Source of the DNA: Diadema antillarum
Taxonomy: Eukaryota
Direction of reading: 5' to 3'
Assembly: GCF_040938485.1 (NCBI RefSeq)
Contig: NW_027272190.1
Span: forward strand, 620,001 to 684,000
DNA: 64,000 nt
How positions within the stretch are numbered: the first letter of the stretch is position 1; each line of letters starts with the position of its first letter. A program made the position numbers and the translations under genes. Of this stretch, positions 1 through 14,200 are shown piece after piece. The notes beneath the pieces were generated by a model that had not been told where the DNA came from, did no database searches, and worked only from the letters and a program-made list of their open reading frames with translations.

Positions 1-879
1 AAAATCGGGCTTGGAATGACTGAAACATCCAAAAAACAAGTGAAATAAAGCGACCGTAATGAAGTGTGGGTCCCACACTATATTAGCATCATTTTTTTTT
101 TTTTTTTACATCTCAGCCATTTCAAAACCAATTTTAATCAAATAAACGTTGAATTCTGAACATGCTCTTTCATATTTCAAAGGAGGTTTCTCATTATCTC
201 TCTCTCTCACACACACACAAGAAAAAAATTGTTAGAAACCTGAAATTAAGTCTCAACCAAAACTATACGATCACTTTAATGCGTCGATGACAATCTGCAA
301 ACTCATCAATTTCTTCTCACCACCTCTCTCACATCAAGAAAGAATGGCGTCGAATAAATTTATTGACCCATTACAAGATAGAACCACGTGTGTATGCTAG
401 TACAAAGACAATATTCCAATTTTATGAATATAACCTTTCGTAATATTCGGAGCGAAATTGAGAAAAAAAAAAATCGATTTCACGGGTGAAACCCCCTCCT
501 GAAGGACAAGCAAGCGACAATGAGACAGATGAAAAGGAGAGTCGTAAGTAAAAAAAAAAATATAGTATAGGAGAGGGGGTGAGGAAGAGAGAAAGAGATA
601 GGCGGGGAGCTGGACAGGTAACGAAGGGGATAATGGATGATACAACATGAGCGTTATCACTCGATCCATGGTGTAATGAAAAACACATACTTTACGGCGG
701 ATCAGAAATATTCATCTGTACTTGTGCAGTTGCTGGGCATGATAGGGTATTATGTTTTTCTTTCAGGCATGCCTTAATTTGATGGACTTTGCAATGCAAA
801 ACTCCATGTCAAAAGAAAGCAAAAGCGGTGTAAAAAGTCTTATTCATCCACTCACAAGAATAACACATTAGTTGGGACC

Positions 880-1515
880 TATAGCAAATATTTAAGGCAT
901 ACACTGCGGAGAAGTCGATGATTCGAACTGTTTTCATCAGTTTTCAATTCACATGGATATCATGCTATGGCGTTAAACATAACGGAGTAAAAGGGGAATT
1001 AGCTTTATTGGCTCTCGTTACCCATTACAGTGATATAAATTCAATCATAAAAACACAGCAGCATCAAATAAATTTCCAAGCAGTAGACTGGTTTGAAGAT
1101 GAGTGTGACTAGGACGCTTGCGGGAGAGATCGTTGAATTTATTAACGAGGCGTTGATTAATGAGGCGCTGAAACACAAGCATAATACCGATCCTCCCAAA
1201 TATATTTCAGCGGACGGCCGCCAGATTAACGACCCGGTCATTATGTCAGAATCTCTCAATGATTATTTTGCAAGTCTTGGTCCACATTTTGCCAGTAAAA
1301 TCCCGAAATCATCAACTGGATTTTATAAATATTTAGGTAATAGGAATTCTCAATGAATATTTTTGAACGTGTTGTGAAGAAGAAAGTATAGATATTATCA
1401 AGAATTTGAACGATATAAAAGTTAAGGATGTGATGGAATTACAAATTGTCTTTTAAAAATGTTTTAAGCGAAATCATTTCTCCTCTTACATATGTTCTCA
1501 ATCAATCTTTATTAA
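880..1515 (+). mobile_element. Degraded LINE ORF2 fragment (L2/Crack/CR1-like, pre-RT region), cut by a MITE
   Basis: Broken frames encode ..INDP..SESLNDYFASLGPHFASKIP.. and ISPLTYVLNQSL, typical of the region upstream of the RT core. Confidence 0.7.
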
Positions 1516-2208
1516 ATGTGACCGTGCTCCTCAAAACGAGCATAAAGTCGCACACACTGATTTTGCGTGAGTACTGAAAATAAGTGAAATGGGTCAACCC
1601 AGCCGAACTTGACTTTTCCATATTTTCTGAAAGAGCGGGTCTTCTTTTACATTATGCTATAATTTGGTATCATAAAACGGCAGGAAAGAGCGTTTTATTT
1701 GACACTTTATCTCGAACATTTTTGGTAGAATAGTGTGATTAGGTGTGTCTTTAGAATCCCTTTTTCATTTCTGAAAAATTTTGTCCACACTCTTCACTTT
1801 CAACTCTAATAACTTTTGACAGGATAGGGCTACTGCTTTGAAAGTTGGCATTAATTATGGACAGAATGTTTTAATGAGGCATAGTCAATTTCAGTTTAAT
1901 CTGATAATCCCTTCACTGTTGTTACTCTGGTGGTTTACTTCCTGTTTTTTGTCCTATTCATCGCACAGCCAGCACGGTTTGGTAAAGATTAAGCGCTTGA
2001 ATAAACATTGTACTTCAGAGCCTCTTTTCTCAGTTCACACTTTTCCTGAGTTTGTGCTTTCTTTCCAATATTTAGATAGGTTAGGAGTGTCCATTTGATT
2101 TTAATCATACATCATTTTGAAGCTTAAAGTCTGCTCTTTCAAAATATGGTCTTAACTAAAAATTCATGTCTGGCAACTTTTTGTTTGTTTTGAGGTGCAG
2201 AGTCACAT
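1516..2208 (+). mobile_element. 693-bp MITE family A (ATGTGAC... TIR), copy 1
   Basis: Imperfect ~22-bp TIRs atgtgaccgtgctcctcaaaac / gttttgaggtgcagagtcacat; near-identical to 25157-25849. Confidence 0.88.
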
Positions 2209-2294
2209 TTACACTTTCCTAATTTGAAAAAAACCCTCAAATTTCTACAATTTTTGATAATTATTACATCTTTTTTATTTCATTTGATTTTAGA

Positions 2295-3360
2295 TTTCAA
2301 TTTCAATTTCAATTTCAATTTCGATTTATTTTCATATTTCTCGATGAAAAAATACATCAAATATAACAAAATTAAATGAAGTACATGATATCAAGCTGGA
2401 GACATACATGAAATATTGCAAATACATAAAACATATAGTGGTCGATCTATGAAGTTTTGAATTTGTGAATGGATGCTAAAGAAATATGAAGGAACCTACT
2501 TAAAAGCGAGCTTGTTGAGCGTAGGTCCCAATTAAAATCGAGTTAAAGATTAAGATGGGGAGCACGGGTACAACAATGACCGAAACATGGAGAAAAAAAA
2601 AGTACATTTATACAGTTATACAGCAGATTCTTCTCTAATGCAGATTTGGGGTCGGATAAGCCACATGCTGTAGGCGGATGAACCATTGTCGTTCTGGAGA
2701 TAATAACAATATGACTCAATATATGATAACAATAATACGGTTAAAAAGTATTAAAGATTTATACATTGCGTGTATTAAGGAGGGAACACATGCACCTGCA
2801 AATCCCCCCCCCCCCAAAAAAAAAGAAGACATTCAACAACCAGTTACAGTGCAGAAGGAATTAAAATACCAGCTGTTACCTCGCCCCAAATGTCTTAGAG
2901 AAGGAAGAAAATGCAATAGGTCATAAACACAGTGACAGAAGTTGAGGGCACAAATAGCTGGTTTTAACATAACAACAACCGTGGAGTACAGTACAGTGAT
3001 GGGATAGTCCTGTACAGCACAAAACAGATTTCAGTGAGCTGAATTAATGTAATTATTCAATAAGTACTGTCTTAATTTGCATTTAAAGGATGATAGTGAT
3101 AAACAACCTGTGAGTTCAGAGGGGAGATCGTTCCAGTATTTCGGTCCCGCATACATAATTGTTTTCATCGCGAAAATTGTTCGAGTACGTGGAAGGTGAT
3201 AAGCGTCCCGTTGGCGGGTGGGATAATTGTGAACTGAGTAGTTTCTTTTGAACATGTGAAGAAAAACATCAGGAAGATCATTCGTGGAGTATTTATACAT
3301 GAAAATACCTAGGTTGTAATCAAACAAGTCAGGCAATTTCAAAATTTTGACATTAGATTC
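2295..3360 (-). mobile_element. 3' end of L2/Crack-like LINE (ORF2 C-terminus, 3'UTR, AATAAA and (TTGAAA)n tail)
   Basis: ORF 3031-3342 (..GIFMYKY..HNYPTR..GPKYWNDLP..SLSSFKCKL) is a typical ORF2 terminus; tandem tail at ~2295-2322. Confidence 0.8.
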
Positions 3361-3517
3361 TTCATTTTCATCCTTTATTTTTAGCTTTCATTGATCATTT
3401 GGGCTTAAAAGAAATCATAAAGATCAAAGATTTATTTTTACAACCTAATTCATGTTCCTTTTTGAGTGAAATTTGCTGTTTGTTCTTATTGTTGTATGGG
3501 AAAGCACATACGCATGA

Positions 3518-3566
3518 ATGACAACTTGTTCAGTTTTGCAATTTTTACTTTTGTGCCCTGGAAGAG
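3518..3566 (+). CDS. Candidate signal-peptide exon (MTTCSVLQFLLLCPGR), model A
   Basis: ATG at 3518, short hydrophobic core, donor AG|GTAAAC, phase 1 matching the acceptor at 4217. The start context is weak. Confidence 0.3.
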
Positions 3567-4217
3567 GTAAACAAAGGTGTTCACTCATGTGTACAGTTCC
3601 CCTTTTTGTTGACCTACCAAGTTGATAGCCAATTGAATAACCTTTGATATGGCATACAATACATTACCTTTCAACCAAATATTCTGTGAGAAATATGAAA
3701 TTGAAAAAGCGTTTACTTTCTTTTTTTTTGGCTGAGTGTGGATTACATCAGATCACTCTATTTCGATTAAAAAACAACAACAACAATATCTGCTTGAGTC
3801 GCGTTGAGAGAACACCTTCCATGTTCCCTCTCCTCCCTTCTAAAGACTTTAATAGAACAACGTCATGATCACCACACTGAGCAAGAGATGAGATAACGGC
3901 ATTTTGCTTTTGACATTCGCGGAATATTGATTTCTCTTACTTTTGAAAGAAAAAAACAAATCTTGACATTTTACTACATTTCTTACTATTACAAAACATT
4001 TTATGATAATGTCATTCAACCGAGGTGGAAAATTGCACTTTTAAAGGTGCTTCCATTGCTACACTGGTCACATGTATGTGCAGTTCAAGTGAGTATAACA
4101 TGATTAAGTTATTCCGTCTTTTTCCTACAGAATACAATGGTCATGATTATATTCATTGATATGCTTATGTTTTTTTTTTTTTTTTTTTTTTTTACAATTT
4201 GTTCCTCTTGCATGCAG

Positions 4218-4595
4218 CTGTTGCAGTGAACGGTTTGCTCGCCCAACGAGTAGAAACAGAAAGGCACCTCACAGAGGTGACCAACATCCGTCTAGTCGGA
4301 GGTGTCCTTCCATGGGAGGGGCGCGTTGAGTTGCTCCACGAAGGGCAGTGGGGTACCGTCTGCGACGACCGTTGGGACATACTTGATGCTAGGGTGGCTT
4401 GCAGAATGCTCGGCTATCCCAATGCTCTCTCCTCACATTCTCAAGCATTTTTCGGGGAAGGCTCCGGTGTAATCCTCTTGGATGATCTCCAGTGCAACGG
4501 AGAGGAATTAGATCTGATATTAGAGTGCCCACATGACCCTGTTTTAGTACACAACTGTCAACACCACGAAGACGCCGGTGTAATTTGCGAACCTT
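4218..4595 (+). CDS. Exon: SRCR domain 1
   Basis: IRLVGG..EGRVE..GQWGTVCDDRWD..A.VACRMLG..LDDLQC.G.E..C..NC.H.EDAGVIC. Acceptor tgcag at 4217, donor gtaag at 4596, phase 1/1. Confidence 0.92.
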
Positions 4596-7500
4596 GTAAG
4601 TTTTTAACACCTGTTTCCCTCTCGATATGGTGCGTAGTGGTGTAACTCTGGTGTATATGAATAAATAAACCCCACATATTTATTATTATAACAGTGTAGT
4701 GCAAAATGTATAAACTTGCTGCAGAAAATATTTTGGCAATATCAAGACTGACATGAGTTACCTCAATTATCCAAAATGATGAAAAACGTATTTCCTCATA
4801 TCAGAACAAGAAAGACATGTCATCAGTAACATTTGTTGAAAGTTATTGTAAGGCATTCAAAAGGGCACAAAAGAAAGATATAATCATACTTTTGGAAAAA
4901 AACAACAACTGCGCAGTGTGCGTTTCATTCATCGAGCGTTGATTGTTAAAAGGCAAATGGGTAAACTCCTTAATGAAGAAATGTACTCCAATATTGTATC
5001 AATACCAAAAGAAAGAGAAAAATCCTGCAAAACAGAAAGGAAAATGATCAAAATCGAATAAGAAGTAAAGAAAGTATGATATTGAGAAATTTCCTTTTTT
5101 CTTTTTAGGAAAACACTTCTTGATCAGCTATTTTGAAAAGGCATACTCATATCGACAGGTTCATGACCACATCCTCTCACAATTTCTTGACTATATCATT
5201 CACATAAGTAGTAAAATCTCATAATCTACATTTCCGTACAAGTACGAAACCTGAGTTGAAAACAACCCAGAATAGATATCACCAGTGACTGACTGATGTA
5301 ACGTTGGAAAGGGAATATGTTTTACCTGTAACAGCAAAGAGGGTTTTTTTTTTTCGTCTTCATACCACACAGGAAAATCTGCGAGGGTATGGCATCGTCA
5401 ACTTGCTCATGTAAATATTTATGAGAACTGGTCAGGAAATGTTTTCCGGACAAGATATAAAGTTTTAGAATGTCCTATCTTCCTTATTTTCTTGTCCGGT
5501 TTTCCCCGTTATTTTTGTAACTTCCTGTATTGATTTTCCCCTCTTTCTTTTAGAGTTTGTTTATTGTGGCTTTCTCTTAAATAGTCCTATTACCTGAACA
5601 GCTTTTTATCGATCTTATTACAAACATCCTCACTTCAAATTCTCAGCAGTCTTTACCTCCCATATACATTTCCGTGTACAGGGACTGCAGACATGTCTCT
5701 GCGTTTGGGTGGTTCGGGACGGAACACCCCTTGGGAAGGCCGCTTAGAGATACAATTCGGCAGTGCATATATCGCTGTCTGCGACGATGGGTGGGATATC
5801 ATCGCTGCCGATGTGGCTTGTAGAGAGATGGGATTTGAAGGGGCGGAACTCGCTTGGACCAGATCGAAATTCTCCAACGGCTCCGAATTTTTCCCAATAG
5901 TACTGGACATCTTAAGCTGCGATGGAACAGAAAGCAGCATTCGGGACTGCGATCACCAGTTTGTCTCTGGAGTCAACTGCTCCCGTGATGAATACGCTGG
6001 AGTTTCATGCGTGTCAGGTAGCCTACCTGTAATAAGCTTCGATTTCTTGAGGACAAGAAGGAGATGACGAATGCACGGAAAAAAAAAAACACAAGGATGA
6101 TGATCGCTATTAGCACTGTTGTTAAAAACTTTAAACAAAACATGCATACGTTCAGCCAATTTAGTTACGCAAAAACTAGGATTATGTTTTACTCAGTGAA
6201 CGCTTTCAGTTGGTTGACTTTTCAGAGCGAATTTCTATTCATCTTAGTTTGAACTCCGGAGACGCTGTTTAAATGCTTATTCTTCTGTACAATTCAAAAC
6301 GATCTGCCTTTGGTTATAACCGAAGTTATAAAATGAAAAGGAACAAACGTTAACACTGATTTTGGTATGGGAATATGTTTTATCGGTATTTCCAGGCAAA
6401 CACTTCATATTGTGCACAATGCACCGCTGCACTCTTTCTTTCTTTTTCCCCCTCATTTACCTCCACTCAGTGAGTAGTGACTTGAATATTATATTTTCAC
6501 TATGTCGTATTGTTTAGACAATAATTTCTGAGGCTATTGTCTTCGTCAAGCGTCTGCTTATGATGATGGTCTCCTGCATTTTTGTTACATCAAAAGTTGC
6601 TAAATTCGTCTTTGAGCGACAGATAAACGGGATCCTATGTTTGCATAAATATATGCATAGAATAATGCATTTTTGTTCTCATTTTGTATTGTTTTACAAA
6701 AATGTTGGTCATTTGAATTAGGCCAAATCATTTATCTGTTTAAACTGTCAGATTCAAATTATACTGTGCTCATTTAGTTCGTTCCCTTGACTTTGGATTT
6801 CATAAATGAAAAACTAATTCAGAAATCAAATCAAATCAAATCAAATCAATTCAAATTCATTGTCTTAGTTATCTTTTGTCAATGGCGTTCATTAACGATT
6901 TCGTTATTATAAAAAAAAAATGCTAAATCCGTGTTCGTTATGAGCGAATTTTGTATCTTGATAAATAGACTTTAACGACGATAATTTTGGGACATAGATT
7001 GTTTCTTCTTCGTTATAAGCAAACTTCGTCTCAAAGAAATTTCATCATAATCGTGTTCGCTGGAGAGGAATGCACCGTACTCCTCCATCCATGTACATTC
7101 TTTAGACGCACACAACCATACTACACTGCCGGTTATCTCGTAAGAGTTTGGATGTCTATCCCTCAAAGTTAAATTTGACTGAAAGTTGGTGACAATTTGA
7201 TATGGAAAATGATTCTAAAGGGGATGTGTATGGATGGTGGACTTACCGTTTACTTATACAGGTGTAACATGATCACCCACTTCAGAATCACTTAACATAT
7301 TACCGATTTTCAGACATATTGTTTCTTTTTAATCCCACATACGCTCACATCACAACTCAGACATCCGCCTTGCTGGTGCAACAGTGCCAACAGAGGGCGT
7401 GGTGGAGGTCTTCTACGATGGGTCATGGGCCAGCGCATGCATAAGAAATTACTCTAGACATGGGATCGCCGACACCGTATGCAATGCAATCTATGACACT

Positions 7501-10500
7501 CATCACTGGGAGTACATACAAATGTCAATCACCGAGCACTTCGCTGACACTTTTCTGCCCGTCGACATCCGCTGTTACTCAGCCGGAAATTCACTGGCGG
7601 GATGCTGGTATTTTGATCCTGAAGATCTCGGAATGGACGCACCAAACTGTGATGAGGCAAGCATTATCTACGGAATTCGGTGCTTTCCTACAGGTAAAGG
7701 AATGAAACTAGTTTGCTTTCATCTCATATACTTCCTTATCTATCATATTTATCATCGGGACACATGAGTCGTTGACATTCTTGATTTTATTTGGAATATG
7801 ATGCAATCATTTGTTTTCTTTCTTGTTTCATCTTATTATTTTCCATCAAGAACGCAATTCCGATGAGACATTTGAGTACACATGATTACACAAAATCGGT
7901 AGGGCCTACAATGCAATCAACATTGATGAAAGAAAAATGAAAAAAAAATGGGTCCATTTGTTTTTATAACAATGCTATAGTGTTTAAGTGAACGGTTATT
8001 TTACAGATAGATTCAAAATAGAACAGGGCTGTTGGCAAGGGGATCCCTTATCACCCTAACTTTTTCTGTTGGTCAGTGAAATTCTTGGAATTATGATTAG
8101 GCACACAAATTCTGTAGTTGGGTTGCAAATTGATGAAAAAAAAATGAAAGTATTACAATACGCAGATGACACACTTTTGACACTCAACGGATCAGATCAA
8201 GATCTAAAAGATGCTCTTGAGATTTTTGTTAGTTTTGCTAATATATCGAATTTACGAATTAACCCCAGAAAGACTAAAATGATTTGGATATGAAAGAATC
8301 GGAACTGCAGAACTAAATTATTGAAAGATTGTAATTTGACTGGATTGTTCAGGGTAGGTACTTTACGTACATGGGAATAGAATTTTCAGTTAAATTACAT
8401 GAAATGGTTGAACAAAATTACCGTGAAAAATGAACAATATTACAAATACAATGACCCCCTGTTCTAAACGATCACTTACTGTTTTAAGAAGAGTTACTGT
8501 AGTTAAATCATTATTGATGTGAAAATTAAATTATTTGGTGTTATCACTTCCTGAAACAAATTTTAAAACATTGACAGATATAAATCGTTATTTTTGTCGT
8601 TTTTATAGGAAAATAAACCCGATGAAATAAATAGAAATCAATTGTACCAGTTATATTGTCATGGTGGTATTAAAATGATTGATATCAAATTTATGCATGC
8701 TAAATCTCTTAAAATATCCTGGATCAGAAGGTTCATTTGTGATCCGCAGACCCAAAATTACACGTTCCACATGTTCCGTCCTTTCTTGCCTCAACCAGTA
8801 TCGTTTCATTTATATATGGGGTCATTACACTACACACAAAAAAAAAAACTTGCTAATGTAATGCTTAATGATTTTTGGAAAGAGGTACTTCTGGCTTTTT
8901 CAGAATTTTTACAAATTAATACGCATGAAAATTTGGCAAGCCAAGCTCTTTGGAATAATCCTTTGATTAAATGAATAACAACACTGTATATTTTAAGTTT
9001 TGGTGTGAAAAAGGTGTACGTTTTCCCTTAGATAATGATGGATTTTTTTTTTCATATTTTGAATTTCAGAGGAAGTTTGGTATACAAACTAACTTTCTTC
9101 ACTACGGTGGATTGTATACTTCTATTTAATCATTTGCCAAAATCTGCATGTCGAAGATGACAGAACCTGTTATTCCTCATGGTTTAAATGTAATATTAAA
9201 ACATAAGAAAGGTTGTTCTGATATTTATCAAACGTTGTTAAGACACACCTCAAAACGTTGTAACAGTTTTGTGAAGTGGAGTAGTATGTTGGATCTTGAT
9301 GATGAAACATGGTCTTTATACTGTTTAATGCCTTTTCAATCAACTATTGATATTTATATGAGGTGGTTTCAATATAAGATTCTCAACAGAATATTATATA
9401 TGAAAGACACTCTTTTGAAATGTGGTCTTGTAACAGATAAAAAGTGTACGTTTTGTAATGATAATGAGGAAACCATAATGCATATAATTATTCTGTACAT
9501 GTCCTTATTCAAATAATATATGGAATAAGTTTGAGCGATGGTTACTCCTGAAGATAGACAAACAAATTCTATTTACAAACCAACATAAGTTATTCGGATT
9601 TTATGGTCTTAACAACAGTGCATTAAACTGTATGACGATTCTTATAAGAAGAGCTCTTTTTTTTTTCAGCGAAATTAAAAAAAAAAACGTTCCGTCATTC
9701 GAACATAATAATATCTAAGATAAAATGTAATTTTGAGATGGAAAAATATATAAGTCAAATGAATTGTAGAGAAAGGAATTTTGTGAAAAAATGGGCTTTG
9801 TTTATTAAGTGTCTTTGAATATTTAATTAATATTACATTATATTCAAAGTGTTTTCGGGGCTGTTTCTGCCAATAAAAAAAGAATAATATGAATTATAAT
9901 ATGTTGTAAAAAAGTTAAAGGACAGGTTCACCTTCATAAACATAAGGATTGAGAGAATGTAGCAATATTAGTATAACACATCATTGAAAGTTTGAGGAAA
10001 GTCGGACAATCCGTTCAAAAGTTATGAATTTTTGAAGTTTTTTGTGCAGTAACCGCTGGATGAGAAGACTACTGCAATGTATGAATGACTTAGATGTCAC
10101 ATGCGTACAACAATATAAGGAAAATATAAAGAGAATTTCACAAAATTTCATCTTTTGAAAAAAAAAAGTACACATTCCCTTGACTCGTTACCGACATATG
10201 TTATGGGTATTATTATTCCCCCTGCCTTTAGAAAGAGGCAAGTCAAGTGCTCTTTTATTATGCGAAAAAAGTGAAAATATGTTGAATTTTCTTTACATTT
10301 TCTTTGTACTGTTGTACGCAATTACTCACAAGCTGTAGTAGTCTCCTCATCCAGCGATTCCAACACAAAAATTTTAGAAATTCATAACTTTTGCTTTGAT
10401 TGTCCAGTTTTCCTCAAACTTTCACTGATGCGTTTTACTAATGTAGCTGCATTCTCTCAATCCTTATGTTTATGAAGGTGAACTTGTCCTTTAAAGACAT

Positions 10501-11169
10501 TTTGTTATTATATGTACAAGCGCAGTAGGCCACTGTTTGTCGATAACTGAATTATTATTCTGTTTTGTATTTAAGAAATTATTTGTAAATGTCACTTTCT
10601 GAATATGTGTAGAAATAAAACACTCTTTGGAAGGGAAAAGCAACAATGATGAAATTAACTTTTAAAGGAAGAACTGAAACACATTTTTGAGAAATAATGT
10701 CACTTTCTGAATAAGTGTATAAATAGAACACTCTGTGGAAGGGAAAAAACAACATTGATGAAATAAACTTTTAAAGGAAGAACTGAAACACATTTTGTGA
10801 AATAAAAGACAATAAAAATTTGGATTTTATAGTTTGCATTTTCTTTGAAAAAAGTTGACTAACTGCTGAATTAAAAGAAATAGGCAAACTGCTTTAAAAA
10901 CTCCAGAAATAAAAGAAAACACAAACACAAACAAACTTAAGCCCCCCAAAAGAAAGAAAACAAACGATAACCACGTAGGGAATATTAACCACTAATTGCG
11001 ATCTGATTGTCATAAACCATGTGTAAACAGTGGTTTTATCATCTTATCCGTAAGCATCAATGCATCGAGCATGCCCTAGTTCTACACAACGTTCTACAAG
11101 CTTTTGCTTTATCCAACCACCAACCCAAGAAAGTTAAATTAGTAACAAGACGAATACAAGTAAATACGA

Positions 11170-11210
<41 letters not shown>

Positions 11211-14200
11211 GAGAGGATTATACAGTGTTTAGACACAATGAAGCTGATAACGAAAACCATGCTCATTTCAGATCCCTGTCTAGCAGATGCGTGTCCAGCA
11301 CCATCCATCTGCGCAATGCCAGCATACACTGAGTCGACATCGGCACACTGCTTGTACCCCGACATCGAACCAGAGGCAATCTGTCGGGGCAGTCAAGGTA
11401 TCGAGTACACAGGGAAAAGGTCTTGGCCAACTGCAGTAAAATGGGGAAGGGGAGGGTTACAGATAAAGCACAAGATATAAAGAAGAGAAGATAAGTAATA
11501 ACAGAAAATAACAAAGAAACACAGAAGTTTGAAGATTTTTCCTCCGAGAGAGGAAAACAAAACTTACATAGGATTGTTGTCGATTGTCGATTAAAGGAAA
11601 GTATACTGCAGTAAAAAATCGCCATCCGTAACATACAAATTAATATCAATCAGAAGTTACATAGATTTGAAAAGACAGGTATTTTCCTAAAGTACAACTA
11701 CATTGCTCTCTCAGAATAATGCTGCACAGGAGGTGTACACCATGGCACATAGAGAGTTAATCTTCTACCTCGTCGCGCTCCGTGCAATGAATGGAACCAA
11801 AAACCCAAACAAAACAAAAACAAACAAACAAACAAACATCAAACAAACAAACAAACAGTGTGTAAAACTTTATAGCAACAACAGTGAAGAAGCTATCAGA
11901 TTGGAATTGACCATTCTCTAAAAACACTCTTTGTCGGCTTCCTACTCTTCCCCCCCTATTCTTCCCAACATTTTTTTTTTGTTCCAAACCTTTTTGTTGT
12001 TGTTTAGATGCCCATTTTTACCAATATTTCCGTTTTTTTTCTTTCCCAGGGGGCCCACACTTTACACGCATTTGTGTTTTCAGTGGTTCCCTCCGTTTTT
12101 TGCAAAGTGCATAAATAGATATTTCTCTTTATTTCATTTTCCTTCAGACCCATTATGATGTATCTTTACTGTAAGTTTACAATCATTGTTTACTCTGTTA
12201 AATACATATCGCTTTGTTAACATGTTCAATTCCTGAAGAAAGTTACATGTATTATCATGTTATTAATATTGTCGAAAAAAAGAAAAAAAATAATTGAATT
12301 GTTTTGGACATCGTCTATCTATGACTAAAATAAACTTCCAAAGCAGTTACTTTATCTATTATAAAGATATTGAAGTGAGGAGTGTGAAAAGGGTTTTTAA
12401 GAAATGAAAATGGGCTCTATGATACACCTGCTCACATTTTTCTACAAAAGACAGAGTGTTTAAGAATAAGTGTAAAAACACACTTTCCCATTCGGCTCAT
12501 GATCCCAAAACTTTACAATACTATAGAAGAATAATTGCTCTTCATAAAGTAAGTTATGAAAAACTCAAGATTGACAAGGTTGACTCATTTCACCTATTTT
12601 CAGTCCCCACACAAACTCAGCGATTGCGACTTTTTGTTAGTTATGTGATGCAAGGTCACATATTGAAAGAGAAAAAGAGAGAGAGAGGGGAATATCATTC
12701 ATGAGGTCATTCTCGTTGTTGTTTTGATAACGGCTGCTTGCTCTTTATTAGTAATTTGCTATTTCGTTTTCGTCTCTACTTGTTTGTTTGTTTGTTTTCT
12801 CACCCGCAGAGAATGGTAATAACTCAGCGGACTACGTTCAGTCAAGAATGACAGGTACCCTGCGACTACCTGACTTCGATGTTCCACCGTGGCAGGAATG
12901 CTCTTACCATCTCCTTCTTCCAATGGCCAGCCGCTTTGCTTTGTATTTTGAAGGCAATAGCACATTATTCATGAGGATAAGTATCAGCAGAGGCTACGAC
13001 TATTCTTCGTCTCAACCACAACAGACTATCATGGTCTACGGATCTTATCCCTGGACGATTTCGGTACACCATAGTAGCATATGGATGGAAGTGTTTTTCT
13101 CCGAAACCAAAATCGGCTCAGTGGACTTTGTAATGAACTATGTAGCAGGTAAGTGCAGCAAATCAAATGTGATTGGCAAACAAAACAAACAGAATGTCCA
13201 CAATGTTATAGAAACATATAGAGCATAATTATGATTAAAGAAGATGGACTTCTGACATTATACGCGGAATTGAATGAATTGAATTTTATAACTTTTTAAA
13301 TAAAACAAACAAACATGAAACTGGTTTACACGTCAAGTGTTTCAAAAGAAAAAAAAACCCAAAACATAACCATTAACGATTATTGTTTAGGGTGAGTGTA
13401 TGCTTGACTGTTTCGTCATTACTTTCATCTCCATCAATCAAAAAAAAAATCTAACATATACTGATTCTTTGCCCTTTCAGAGTGCATAGAAGAAGACAGC
13501 TTCGAAGGTAAGTTTAAGAAAGTGTCTAAATTCCGTTTCACATTGTATCCTTTGTCCAATAGAACACCAAAAAAACAACAACAAAAAACTTGAATATCAT
13601 ATAATTATATTATCAGGTAAGAAATAGCTATACTCAAACCAATAAAATATTACTCAATAGTAGAATATTTGTTCTATACATAAGCCCTATAAACTCAGCA
13701 TCTGCACGAATATACATGTACCTATACCTGTTGCTGGTTGTCGTAATTGAGGGCATTAGCTAAATCATTCTGAAAAAAAAAGAATTAATTATATTATTGT
13801 AATCTTATACTATGTCAATGTTATGAAATTTCAATATCTGATATATAGGGCTTGCTATGAGTGTAACGTGTTAGAACAACATCTAGGAAGTAAGTCTGCG
13901 ACACGAAAGCGTAATTTGATACGATTGATTAAACTCTTTATTGTGTAAATGGTACAGTGGCGTTTGATTTATACAATGCCAGGCAAATGATCATGGAATA
14001 AATTGTTGTTCCACAAACTCATGACAGAATCCTATTGTTTGAACATCAAAATCTTCCATCAGGAATTGGCAAGACAGAATTTGCCCACATCGTTTTAATC
14101 GTTTGCAGTGACTTGATTGTGTATCAGATGGAGACATTCGTTTTCCTCATTTGCAGTGACTTGATTGTGTTTTAGATGAAGACATCATTCGAAATCAGTC

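Noticed and set aside
1838-2098. Similar ORFs at 1838-2098 and 25509-25709 suggesting a small gene family
   Set aside because: Both lie inside copies of the same non-coding MITE and have no domain features.
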